Shown here one piece after another: positions 24,495-35,900 of a DNA stretch of 64,000 nucleotides. The stretch's first letter is position 1; the number at the start of each line of letters is the position of its first letter. Location of the stretch: NCBI RefSeq assembly GCF_006345805.1, contig NW_021836140.1, positions 26,564 to 90,563 on the forward strand. Direction: 5' to 3'. The translations under genes were made by a program, and so were the position numbers. The notes under the pieces are model-generated. The model was not told the origin of the DNA. It searched no databases and was given only the letters and a program-made list of their open reading frames with translations. Source of the DNA: Octopus sinensis (taxonomy: Eukaryota).

Positions 24495-25569
24495 CACACA
24501 TACACACGCACCCGTGTGTTTGTGTCTGTGTGTTAGTGCAAAGCAAAGTTTATCCCAGAAGGATTCAAACTCGAGGTGCTGAAAGCTGGAACACGTGCCA
24601 CAAGCCATTTCAGATATCACTCTAACTCAGATAATTACCTACACACGACCAAGTCGCTGTTCTTATTGCTATTTTATAACTCAAGTTGATGTTTATAGTA
24701 TTTAATATCTTTTCTCATTTATTTTTCTGTAATATCATGCATTATATTGATCCAAAAATTCATGATTTATAGATTTTATTTCAATAAGGGCATTTACTGC
24801 CTGTTAAATACTTTATAGCAAGTAACTTGACAGGTTATTGTGCGTTATATCATATTTCATAGAATTTGCGTAAGATGAACAAAAGGTCTTTCTTAATGAC
24901 CCTATACAATGTCAGCTGAAGGTATTCAATGATCAATAGGTGGACAGACATTAAATACTGTAGAGGTACCAGTGGGGACTAATTACTATCTGAAGTTTTA
25001 ATTATAATTAGTTTTGTCATTGATATATGTGTGTGTTTGTGCATACGCGTGCGTGTGTGTATGCATACATATATAAATAAATATGTATGTATGTATATAT
25101 ATATATATGTCTGATTATGTGTGTGTGTGTGTGTGTGTGTGTGTATTCGAGCGCGTGTGTCTGTGTGCGTGCTCACGCATGTTTAGATAAATATAGTGAA
25201 GATTGTTGAAGATAGGTTTAATGATACCCCCTTTTTCTTTTAAATTTGTTATGAAGTACAGCAGTTCCCTCCTCATTCTCTCATTTACATCTGATGGCCA
25301 CTTTGAAAGGAGCTGTAACTAGGAAGATGAGAACGATAGTGCAAGTGATATACCAGGTATGCCAAAATGCCTGGTGTGAAGGAGGGAAAAATCCATCAAA
25401 GAACTTGCTACAAGTCAGTGATAGACTGCAGCAGAACTGGAAAGAGAGCTAAAGCACCCGAAGGAAAGAGGGAAGAAGATGACGAAGGGAAAGTTGCCTT
25501 AAAGCAACTAAGCTCAGGGTTACGGAAAAATCAGCTCCAACTTCGTAGGGCCGATTCACTTTGGAAAAA

Positions 25570-25609
<40 letters not shown>

Positions 25610-25699
25610 CGAGGCGAAAACAGAAAACACCTTTTTCAACAACTCCTTCCTATTCGTACCTGACCTTACAGGAAAATCTAAAAGTATATCTTTTGATAT

Positions 25700-26400
25700 C
25701 TTTTTAGGAAGTCGTGGCGAGAAGAGTAGTAGCAGTGTTAGATGGTCCCAGAAAAATTATTCCATTGGGAGACTGTTGCTTCCTATTGCCAACATTCAAA
25801 CGTCACCCCACTTTCAATATGGCAGGCTTTACTTTCAACGAAGTGAGGGCATTAGTGGCAAAATGTCTGACAGGATCTGCCTCAGGACTATTTGATGTTT
25901 GGCCACCGAGTAAGGACATCGTCACGAGTACTCAGTACGGGAGTGGGCTCACAATCTACTGTGGATGCCTTGAACATAGATCGGCAATCAGTCACCTTAT
26001 CAAGAAGGCAAAGACGAATAACACCACATTCTCAGTTGTAACATTAGATTTCGCTAAAGCCAACTCGAATGTGCCCCACCAGTTAATTTATAATATATTG
26101 CAGCACCATCAAGTACTAACAGCAGTAGATCAAGCACGCAATGTTGCACATGGAGCCACTGAAAATGGGATTCACAGCAGGAAATTTCACTACCAGATGG
26201 CAGAGTTTGATAAATGGCATTAGGGCGGGGTAAGCATTATCCGTGAACTTATTAGTAGTGGCCATGAACCTACTGCTAGACACAGGAAGAAAACATTCGA
26301 TAGAACCAGAAATTGGCGTCAACAGAATGTATCCGGTCTCAAAGATCTTCATAGATTACAGATCTCTCATAACACAATCTGTCTAAAGGACGCTGTGGAT
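25700..26400 (+). pseudogene. Degraded non-LTR reverse transcriptase remnant, restriction-like-endonuclease (R2/R4/NeSL-type) clade
   Basis: PTFNMAGFTFNEVRALVAKC, GCLEHRSAISHLIKKAK and VVTLDFAKANSNVPHQLI. After a frameshift, TTRWQSLINGIRAG*ALSVNLLVVAMNLLL. Confidence 0.55.
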
Positions 26401-26489
26401 TCTGAGCTCGATGGAAAAGGTAGCCGTACGGCCATGTATCAATTTCTGTTGAAAAGAAAGACGAATGGAAGTGATACTATTAAAGACTA

Positions 26490-26790
26490 TTAAGTGAGAA
26501 GAATGCTCGGGAGAAAGAGGTTTTTACCAACGTGGAGCAGAGGAACCCGCTATTCCAGTTGACCGCAGTATAACAAGTAAAGAAATTAAACTTATGAAAA
26601 GTACAGGAAACCACTGGACTATCATGTATTTCTACTGAAATGCTTAAGGTATCTGGTGGCGTAGGATACGGTCTAGCTATCTGTATGGTCATGCAAGTTT
26701 TACCGGAAAATGTTTTACCCAATGACTTTCGTAGCAACACTGTAGCCAACTGAAGGGTAAAGAAAAAGGCTTAGGGAAAAGTAATTCCAA
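26490..26790 (+). pseudogene. Degraded RTE-clade LINE ORF fragment (pre-RT region)
   Basis: Frameshifted LLSEKNAREKE...TGLSCISTEMLKVSGGVGYGL...LPNDFRSNTVAN resembles the RTE motif KAPGPSGITAEMLK...IPNDW. Confidence 0.5.
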
Positions 26791-27168
26791 AGGTATAACA
26801 TTACTAGTCTAGGTCATAAAAGTTACTGATAAATTCAATACTCAATTATGATAAGAATTAGTGTAGATGATATGTAGTTCAGTTTAATGCCAAGAAGTAC
26901 AAGTGAAGTTCAGTTCTTGTTGTGACAACTTCAGACGTATTTTGCTAAAGGTAAACCACTATACTTGATAAGTTAGTTTATATTTTAAATCAAATTTACT
27001 GATAGAGAAACTTAATGCTAAATTAGTGTCAAATTTATTAGGAATTTCTTCTTAACTCAGTCACCATATTTCCCCCAACGGCTTACTCAATCAGAAAGAT
27101 AAGCATTTCACTTTAAATAAGAAAGCAGGTGAAAAGATTCTTTAAATCAGAAGTTGTACTCAAATAGT

Positions 27169-27507
27169 GATGGAAGCACTCCGTCGGTTACGACGACGAG
27201 GGTTCCGGTTGATCCGATCAACGGAACAGCCTGCTCGTGAAATTAACGTAGTTCTCGGGGATATTCAGCGTGATACAGAGAGTGACAAGGCCGGCCCTTT
27301 GAAATACAGGTACAACAGAAACAGGAAGTAAGAGTAAGTTGTGGTGAAAGAGTACAGCAGGAATCACCACCATCCCCTGCCGGAGCCTCGTGGAACTTTT
27401 AGGTGTTTTCGCTCAATAAACACTCACAACGCCCGGTCTGGGAATCGAAACCGCGATCCTATGACCGCGAGTCCGCTGCCCTAACCACTGGGCCATTGCG
27501 CCTCCAC
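27169..27507 (-). mobile_element. tRNA-derived SINE family C with an internal deletion and 11-bp TSD
   Basis: TSD ACTCAAATAGT at 27158-27168 and 27508-27518. Head GTGGAGGCGCAATGGCCCAGTGG and GGTTTCGATTCCC on the minus strand. Confidence 0.9.
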
Positions 27508-27653
27508 ACTCAAATAGTAAGCTATCATTGTTAAATTCTTGGTAACAGCAACTTTATATATACGCCCAAAGGTCAGAAAACAAATTCAAAATATTTGGTA
27601 CAGGAGTGGAAATGCACAGAGTTTGAAAGGAAAAGGAAAACAGAAAAATATAT

Positions 27654-27813
27654 AAGAAATATTGAATTTCTAAATCTCTCGTAGAGACATGTACGGTGGT
27701 GGGGCGATAGAATGGTTGTATACTGTCAATCTAACAAGAACGTGACAGTAGGGGGTACACCACCGCTGTATAGCCCTAGGAGGCATCGAACGCCTCCTGA
27801 TAGCTTTGACACA
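27654..27813 (+). repeat. Second, non-folded copy of the 20551 repeat
   Basis: 160-bp near-identity with 20551-20710, then continues into different sequence. Confidence 0.9.
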
Positions 27814-28177
27814 GTTTTTCCCTTACGAAGGGGAGACAAACACCCCCGGCTGCCGGAACTGCAAAATATATTAAAAACTAAAACGATTAAAAAACAATCA
27901 ATTAGTGAATTAAAACAGTGTGATTAAACCAAAGCTAAAAATAAAGGAATAAAATCAGTAATCAGTCCAATGGGAAAAAATCAAGGAAATTAGCTTGGAA
28001 GGTTTTAACTCCACTTGTTAAATTAACTAAAATAAAACACTGGAAAATTTTATTTTTTCATTAGTCTACGTGCTAAATTATTTATGCGTGTATGTGTGTC
28101 TACACATACATACAGACACATATATGTTTGGAATTTAAATGCATGATTTTACGTGGTTGTTTGTTTTTAGAAATATA

Positions 28178-28430
28178 ATAAATAAAATAAATGCGCCCTT
28201 TTAAAGCCTAGCCAGGCTCATGGGCCCGGTTTCCCGGTTTCAATGGTGTATGTGTGTCCCCAGCTGGACAGGACGCCACTCCATCGCATTTTTGCCAGCT
28301 GAGTGGACTGGAGTAACGTGAAATGAAGTGTTTTGCTCAAGAACACAACACGTCACCTTGTCCAGGAATCGAAACCACAATGTTACGATCATGATGTTGA
28401 CACCCTAACCACTAAGCCACGTGTCTCCAC
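28178..28430 (-). mobile_element. tRNA-derived SINE family D with a 13-bp TSD
   Basis: TSD TTTTAGAAATATA at 28165-28177 and 28431-28443. Head resembles family C, the body differs and the tail is A-rich. Confidence 0.85.
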
Positions 28431-28565
28431 TTTTAGAAATATAGCTAGCATTAAAAGCTTGATCAAAAATCATTTTAATTTATAACTTCCTCAAAAAAAA
28501 AAAATTTAAGTACAATTTATGCATATTGCTTAAAGTAAGTTTACAATCTAATATGCATAGCGTAT

Positions 28566-28950
28566 TGGAGGCGCAATGGCCCAGTGGTTAGGGCAGCGGA
28601 CTCGCGGTCATAGGATCGCGGTTTCGATTCCCAGACTGGGCGTTGTGAGTGTTTATTGAGTGAAAACACCTAAAGCTCCACGAGGCTCCCGCAGGGGATG
28701 ATGGTGATCCCTGCTGTACTCTTTCACCACAACTTTCTCTCACTCTTACTTCCTGTTTCTGTTGTACCTGAATTTCAAAGGGCCGGCCTTGTCACTCTCT
28801 GTGTCACGCTGAATATCCCCGAGAACTACGTTAAGGGTGCACGTGTCTGTGGAGTGCTCAGCCACTTACACGTTAATTTCACGAGCAGGCTGTTCCGTTG
28901 ATTCGGATCAACCGGAACCCTCGTCGTCGTAACCGACGGAGTGCTTCCAA
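28566..28950 (+). mobile_element. Full-length SINE family C
   Basis: TGGCCCAGTGG A box, GGTTTCGATTCCC B box, tail GTCGTCGTAACCGACGGAGTGCTTCCA. Confidence 0.9.
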
Positions 28951-28989
28951 TATAAAATAGTGTATTGAACGGAATCTCCGAGAAAAAGG

Positions 28990-29446
28990 AATTACTGTGA
29001 CCAGCTTAGCTACAATGCAGTGCCTGCTAGCAATCTGCAACCAGCAATTCGTACCAAATGCTGACGTAAGTGTTATTGCTGCACTACAATGCACGACCCT
29101 TCCGATTCACGACCCAGCAATTCGTGCCAAATGCTGACGCAAGTGTTACTGTTGCACGACAATGCACGACCCTTCTGACTATCACCTCTTTGGATCGCTC
29201 AAACATACTTTACGAGGTCGCCGATTTGCTACGGATGAAGAAGCGTAGGAAGCAGTGCATAAATTGGCTGCGTGATCAGTCGAAAGTCCTTCTTCTTCGA
29301 TGGAATAAGCAAAGTTGTAGACCTGTGGAAGAAGTGCATCGAAAATAAAAAGAGACTATGTGGAAAATGATGTAATTGTTCAACCCCTGCTTTTGTTTTG
29401 ATAAATTACGGAAAGAAGTGTGCGTATATCTTCTGATTTATGCTCG
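28990..29446 (+). mobile_element. Mariner 3' remnant with a 73-bp internal tandem duplication
   Basis: VLLLHDNARP...SDYHLFGSLKHTLRGRRFATDEE...WKKCIE. Right TIR-like GTGCGTATATCTTCTGATTTATGCTCG followed by TA. Duplicated units start at 29041 and 29114. Confidence 0.75.
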
Positions 29447-29518
29447 TATATAAGTTCAAACATATATAAGTACATACATATATACATATACACGCATATA
29501 TATACATACGTATATATA

Positions 29519-29550
<32 letters not shown>

Positions 29551-29554
<4 letters not shown>

Positions 29555-29789
29555 AATTAATATGTGACAACTATTCAATAGCCAAGATAAAACTCTGAGT
29601 TCCGGATGTCGAAGTGGAAATCCGCAACACCATCTCATCGGTTATCTGGCCATCTGAAAAATGCCATCTGAAAATAGCGTTTTCAGATGGCCAGATAACC
29701 GAAGAGATAGTGTTGTGGATTTCCACTTTGGCATCCGGAACTCAGAGTTTTATCTTGGCTATTGAATAATTGTCACATATTAATTTACA
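29551..29789. repeat. Fold-back palindrome (~110-bp arms) carrying a variant hammerhead-like motif in each arm
   Basis: Arms 29551-29660 and 29680-29789. Motif GCCAGATAA-CCGA(T/A)GA-stem II-GGAA-CTCAGAG-TT-TTATCTTGGC at 29581-29650 (minus) and 29690-29759 (plus). Confidence 0.85.
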
Positions 29790-30514
29790 GATAAATTTCC
29801 TCTATTTACATAATATTGAGGTATCTTTCTTTCTTTTGTTATCTTACCGTTTTTACCAATATATATATACATATATATGTATGTATAAAGAATACAAACT
29901 GGGACAAGAAGGCAAAACATTTAGAAGACGATACAAAAAACACGGACGGGACATTTGAAGCCTTCAATCTTCAGTCAAGAACCGGATCATCCTCGCAATT
30001 TCGGCTGATTAATCTTGAGATTGCTCCAATCTGGCCAGCCCCAAGGAAAAACTAAGCTAAGCGCTTTAGATTCCTTGGAAGAAAGCTTCGAATGTATACA
30101 AAACAAGGACAGAAAAGCGGACGATGTTACACGAATATGAATACAAAAATAATACGTAAAAACAATAATAATAATACATAAAAACAATAATAATAATAAC
30201 AACAATAACAGGACATCACAAACAGGCGTCTTTCGACTAGGACGAATTAAACTCAGCTGACGTGTTAGGAATGTGCCTTACAAGCAGAAAATACACGTTT
30301 TCAAACAATTTGCACCGGCAAGTGCTATCTGTCTAAAGATTCCGCATACCAGAAGTCAACTAGTGTATGTGGCCATCAGGAGAGAATGCGCGCCGTTTCG
30401 GGGCCTACCTCTTGACGGCATCATTGCGCACCACCCCCACCTCACTTACATGAGTCTCCGCTTGCTATATTAACTGGTGTCAATGAGGGGGTATTAAAAA
30501 CAATCTAATTATAT

Positions 30515-30628
30515 TTATTGCCCACAAGAGGCTAAACGCAGAGGGGACAAACAAGGACAAAGGGATTAAGTCGATTACATCAACCCCAGTGCGTAACTGG
30601 TACTTAATTTATCGACCCCGAAAGGATG
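30515..30628 (-). mobile_element. SINE family B2 3' fragment
   Basis: GCCCACAAGAGGCTAAAC...GGATTAAGTCGATTACATC...ACTGGTACTTAATTTATCGACCCCGAAAGGATG. Confidence 0.8.
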
Positions 30629-30715
30629 GAAGGCAAATTAAATATATATGTATGTCTATGTGCATGTATGTATGTTTGTGTGTATGTATGTATGTGTGTA
30701 TGTATGTATCTATGT

Positions 30716-31250
30716 CAGATCACTTTCGAATGCTACTGGTAACATGTAACCCAGTACAACCTGTTGCATGGTCGGGTCGTTGGCGACTAAACCGGCAACC
30801 CCACCAAGCTTGCTTGGTGAGGAGGGTGTTTATTGGTCACCCTGCGGGATGAAAACAAAACCCGTCTAAGGGCGGAGGAACTCTTGAGAGTCAACGGCCA
30901 TCCAATAAATGCCTTAAGGCTGTATCATGCGCGGGACATAGAAATGATCGGACTGAATACCCGATCTCGCGGTTAAACCATTGGGAGTGAAGGACTCCTA
31001 GCCTTTGTTAGGGCATCCTTCTAGCAGAAGGTAACTCAGGTAACTGGGATAACTCCGACATAAAACCTGCGGCTCAGTGGTCACCGATGATGTTGACTTG
31101 TTCTTCTTTTCGGATTATGGCTGCTGTTGCTTAGTGAGTGGGATTGACTCAGTGCACAGCCTTTCCTCACTTTAAAAACATCTTCTTGCACAGGCATTGC
31201 ACGATAACAACATTGATTAAGCTTCGTGCAATGGCCATACTCGATAACGA
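30716..31250 (+). mobile_element. GC-rich island, possibly the 5' UTR of a non-LTR retroelement
   Basis: Structured GC-rich stretch (hairpins GTCG-TTGG-CGAC and CACCAAGC-TT-GCTTGGTG) after a microsatellite. No ORF. The assignment is inference. Confidence 0.3.
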
Positions 31251-32431
31251 GGGGGCAGCCACCATGTATCTATGTATGTATGCATGTAGAAGGTTGTTTG
31301 TTAAGGCAGGCCAGAGAGTGACCATTAGTTTCATACCAATTAGGGGCTAAGCTCTATATGCGACTTGTCAGATTCAAATGGTTGGAAGCACGTAACCTCT
31401 CTACAGCTGTACGTATGTGTGTGTAGTGTGTGCGCGTGCAAGTATGCGTGTTTGTGCGCGCGTGTGCGTGCGTGTTCATATAGATATTTTTACAGTGATA
31501 AGAGCTACCAAAGGAGATCCCTACATTTTCCCCACATCTAAGAATTCATCCCGTCTCATATAAATTTTACCGTAAATATATACAAACAAAACAACCGTCT
31601 CCGACTCAAAACATTTTAAATAAACATCAAAAAGAAAATAAATTACATTATTAATACACACCAGTGAATTACTATATCAAGTTATCAGAATAATTTCCAG
31701 ATATTTTAGAAGAAACAAACGAAATAATTACTATTGCCACCCTAAATGTAGAAAGCCTTTTCGCCATTGGTCATTCGGTAGAAGCAGTCGAAACTATATT
31801 AGATGACGTATATACTAACCCAGATATAAACGCACCCATGATACCAGCGAAGTTATTAAAAAGATACTAATAACCTGTACAACTGAATTATTGTATCGCT
31901 GCCCATAAACAAATAAATGGAGTAGCTATGGGTTCTCCTCTAGGACCTATGTTCACTACATTCTACTTAGCTAAAATAGAAAAGGGAATAGCATTAGGCA
32001 CAAACGTAATATATATTATGTAAGTAGGTGATATAATGAAATCGTAAAAAAAAACGTTGAGATGTATAATGTGAGAACAACTCAGCACTGAAATTTAGCA
32101 TCTGAAACAATGCTAATAAAACTCTATTTCTAGACATTAAAATTAAGATTAGAAACGATAGATAGATACATTTTTCCAGTTTACACAAAGCAGAAACCAC
32201 AAGGTGTGAGATATGCATATACCTACATGAAGATAGTAACTGTCCACATAATTACAAAATCTCTGTGGAAAAAAACCATTACTTACAAAGTACTTAGACT
32301 CTGTTTCACAATGCAACACTACATGATGAAATCAAGAAAATTAAAGACCATCAGATATTCAAGCTGGAATATCTACTTATACAAAAGTGTAATGCGTCAA
32401 ATACATCCATTGGTCAACACCCCTACTAATA

Positions 32432-32808
32432 TCTCTATATATATAAACGGCAAAATGTCTGTCTCTGTGTGTGTGTATCCTTTATACAAATCCACATTTT
32501 TTTCAGTTAGAGGGCTCGCACTTTCTATGGTCATTCAAAACCGTCCACGGGTGGTCGTGCACATCTTTACATTTCCCAAGTCGCCCCGCAAAGTCATTAA
32601 AAAGTCAGTAGAAGTGACTTTTTTGTGAATTTTCTATCCATCCAAAACCCAATCAAAATGCCCGAAACCTGATACGCCAATTGAATGCCAGCTAGCTGTA
32701 TGTGATTGGCCGGAGATTTGGACAGTACTCGCGTGTATGTGCGCACGCGCGCAGCTGAATATGCATGCACTAGCACTATGACTGGGCATTGCCGTGTAAT
32801 AGTGCTAG
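32432..32808 (+). mobile_element. Non-autonomous Helitron-like element inserted in the PLE
   Basis: A|TCTCTATATATATAAACGGCAAAATGTCTGT at the 5' end. Terminal hairpin ACTAGCACTAT...ATAGTGCTAGT ending in CTAG|T. Confidence 0.75.
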
Positions 32809-32830
32809 TATATATTAAACAACAATATTG

Positions 32831-33060
32831 GGCGGCGAGCTGGCTGAAACGTTAGCGCGCCGGGCGAAATGCTTAGCGATATTTCGTCTGTCGTTACGTT
32901 CTGAGTTCAAATTCCGTCGAGGTCGACTTTGCCTTTCATCCTCTCGGGGTCGATAAATAAAGTACCAGTTTCACACTGGGTCGATGTAAACGACTTAATC
33001 CCTTTGTCTGTCCTTGTTTGTCCCCTCTATGTTTAGCCCCTTGTGGGTAGTAAACAAATA
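32831..33060 (+). mobile_element. Full-length SINE family B2
   Basis: Head GGCGGCGAGCTGGCTGAAACGTTAGC, GAGTTCAAATTCC B box, tail TTTAGCCCCTTGTGGGTAGTAAAC. Confidence 0.88.
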
Positions 33061-33454
33061 TATATATTAAACAACAAAATGAATCATGTGAAATGCATAG
33101 TAGGTACAAAACACAAGATAGTAAATGTCATAAAACGAAATACAAAATGCGTAAGACAAGGGCATTAGCTTACACTAGTAATGTATTACAAAAGCATTGG
33201 AATCATAAACATTCTTATTGATAACAGCGCATGCATGTAAACCTGAGATAAGACTGAATATTCAATGTAATTTACAGATTTGACTGTTAAGGTGTAAGCT
33301 TCAAACTTCAAACTTTCCACGTTAGTCAAACAAGTACAGTTCACTCTCGTAGTCTCACTACGAATATAAAACAATGAGCAATTGCAAACACTATGCCATA
33401 CACTATAAGACACACCTATGTGGGAAAAAAAAACATTTATCGTAAATACTTCTA

Positions 33455-33670
33455 TATATTGGTTTCAAATTTTTTAACAAGGCCAGCAATTTTGGGGGAG
33501 GGGTGGTCGATTATATCGACCCCAGTGTTCAGCTAGTGCTTATTTTATTGATTCCGAAAGGATGAAAGGCAAAGTCGTCCTCGGCAAAATTTGAACTCAG
33601 CACGTAAAGCCGAACGAAATGCCGCTAAGCACTTTGCCTGCCTTGATAACGATTCTACCAGTTCGCATCC
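33455..33670 (-). mobile_element. Diverged SINE family B1-like copy
   Basis: GTCGATTATATCGACCCCAG...GAAAGGATGAAAGGCAAAGTC...TTTGAACTCAG. Confidence 0.75.
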
Positions 33671-33896
33671 TTAATATTTCCATATATTACAGAATTCAAC
33701 ATAGAAAAATAATACTGATTGTGGAAGCAATGCTGATATTGCAACACAAGGGGACAGTTAACAGACAACATACATCACGATAGTGATTCCAATGACACAT
33801 AATCCTAAAAAAGTAACGGTCAAGTTCTGATGGGAAAATCTATATAAATATAAGCACCGACTATAAAAGAGTAGTAAAGAAGCCAGAACCACTTTA

Positions 33897-33937
33897 CATC
33901 CTGAAGATGAGGATAAGATAAGTTGGAAAAATTGATG
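33897..33937 (+). ncRNA. Degenerate hammerhead motif at the 3' end of the PLE remnant
   Basis: CATC-CTGAAGA-(stem II unpaired)-GAAA-AA-TT-GATG. Sense orientation just downstream of the GIY-YIG remnant. Confidence 0.4.
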
Positions 33938-34092
33938 GTAAACTTGATAACATGCGAGGAAATCATAGAAAGAGCATCCATTTAGACCAGTGGTTCTCAG
34001 TCGAGGTACATGTGACCCTTCGGGGTTCAAATAAAAGTTTGTTAAAGTTTATGTACAATAAGCTAGCTATACTTGTACAATATACAAAATAG

Positions 34093-34300
34093 TGATTTCA
34101 AATTTTGGTACAAGTCCAGTAAATTCGGGGAAGGAGTAAGTCGATTATATTGACCCCAGGACTCAACTGGTACTTACTTTATCGGCCCCGAAACGATAAA
34201 AGACAAAGTCGACCTTGGCGGAGTTTGAACTAAGAACGTAAAAATGGACGAAATGCTATAAAGAATTTTGCCCGTCGTGCTATCGATTCTGCCATCTCAC
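34093..34300 (-). mobile_element. Diverged SINE family B1-like copy
   Basis: Same motifs as the 33455 copy. Flanking ATATACAAAATA duplication. Confidence 0.72.
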
Positions 34301-34339
34301 AGACTTACGATATACAAAATATTAAAAACATTTTTATAC

Positions 34340-34833
34340 CATTCGTAACTTGGCAGACACGCGTCTCATACCCAAATCTTTAATGATAATGGACTGAACT
34401 GAACCGTATCTGCACATCCTCTGATAACTCACATATGGTGATTTGACGATTTCCCCTCACAGCTGCATGTATATCTGCGATGTTTTTCTCAGTTCTGGTG
34501 GTTGCGGGTCTCCCAGAACGTTCGTCACTATCGATATTTTTTCGGCCATCTTGGAAACGTCTGAACCACTCGTACACTTGTGTGCAACTCATACTCTCCT
34601 GCAACTTTGCTTAGACTTCTGAGCAGGTATCGCCATTACAACTTTTTCTGTCATGGTCAATGCGACGATCGTATGTTACGCACATTACTTTCAAGTATAG
34701 CTGTAAACAACGGAGGTGAGCCAGAACGTTAAAATTTAGGGTGCGTGCACAGCAGAGGTTAAGCAGCTTCACTCTGCGTATTTTGGCTTCGTTACTATGG
34801 CAACAGTCCGGATACGTATTTATGAAACCTCAA
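34340..34833 (-). mobile_element. Mariner 5' remnant (HTH region)
   Basis: MSCTQVYEWFRRFQDGRKNIDSDERSGRPATTRTEKNI...RQITICELSE. Degenerate TIR-like sequence near 34805-34833. Confidence 0.75.
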
Positions 34834-35209
34834 ACACTGTCTCCATTCATCTGACAACCACTTAACGGCGTACTGGCTCAATTTATTGTAACACCGGCAC
34901 TGGAGAGTTTCACTTACCCCAGTAATTCTAAAAAGGTTTTTATACTGTACATTTTCTTCATTTTTCTTCTAAGCAAACACAATCATGATGTGAATAGAAG
35001 CGAGGGGGATAGCAGAGAGAGAACTTAGTAAGAGGGTGAAAGAAGAGAGAATATTAATGAAGATAGACTAATGGATGTGAAGGTGGTTGTCTAAGAGAAA
35101 GTTAGAAGGACTGAAGTGTGGCAACAAAGATAGGCGATGATCAATGATAGCAACAGAATTGTGATATTAGGGGAGAATGGTGAATGTCAACGATGAGTGA
35201 CACAAGAGA

Positions 35210-35900
35210 GAGGGGATAGCAGTATAGGTGCTTGGTTGCAAGTGGTGATATGAATAAAGATCCAACGTCGGTCTCCATTTACATACACATTTTGTTTTAC
35301 TTTACAATGTTGCAAGTTCATTGTCTCCTTCTTTGCAAGTTTCAGCTTCTTGAGATCATGCTTCACCATTTCATTTCATGTTTACCTGGTCTTCTTTTTC
35401 TGCAGGTTTCATAAGATATGTATGGAGGTTATCAATAATGATAAGTATGGAGGCTATCAATAATATAAAGAAGTGTTCAACACTTCTGTATACTGTTAAT
35501 GCACCCTCCATCCATATCAATTGCCCCAAACAATATCGTTTTCTCTCTTTCATTCTGTATCTTATATTGATTTCCTCTCAAATCATTTGTGCTCCTACAT
35601 TTATACGTACTAAGATTATATATTCCGTGGAGCATGCTCACGTTATTTCTTTCTGACCTTTTCAAATTTTCTGCATTTAAAACCCACATGTTACTACCAT
35701 GCAAAATTGCATATTGTACACAGGCCTCACAGAGTGCCCCCTTATACTTAGAGTTGAATCTTTCGTTACCAGCAGAGGAAGTAGCTCCCTGAACTTTCCC
35801 TCTCCTTCTTCCTCTAGTTACTTTGCTTTCATAAGGTCTGAGCTGAGAAGTAGTCCATATTTACTCACTAAGTCTTGTAAGCTATTAGCATGACAGATGT
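35210..35900 (-). pseudogene. RTE-clade LINE 3' ORF remnant
   Basis: KFRELLPLLVTK, LHGSNMWVLNAENLKRSERN, then VKHDLKKLKLAKKETM, across frameshifts. Confidence 0.65.

Larger units (their letters stand above)
31500..33940 (+). mobile_element. Degraded Penelope-like element (RT, GIY-YIG and a 3' degenerate hammerhead), interrupted by three insertions
   Basis: Frameshifted RT motifs: ATLNVESLF, KQINGVAMGSPLGPMFTTFYLAKIE, LFLDIKI, YLHEDSNCPHNYKISV. GIY-YIG pieces NVIYRFDC...HVSQTSTVHSRSLT near 33260-33400 and IVEAMLILQHK near 33720. Confidence 0.75.

Noticed and set aside
29950-29990. Minus-strand CTGAAGA followed by a TTGAA/TTCAA hairpin
   Set aside because: No GAAA follows and no stem III or stem I could be built.
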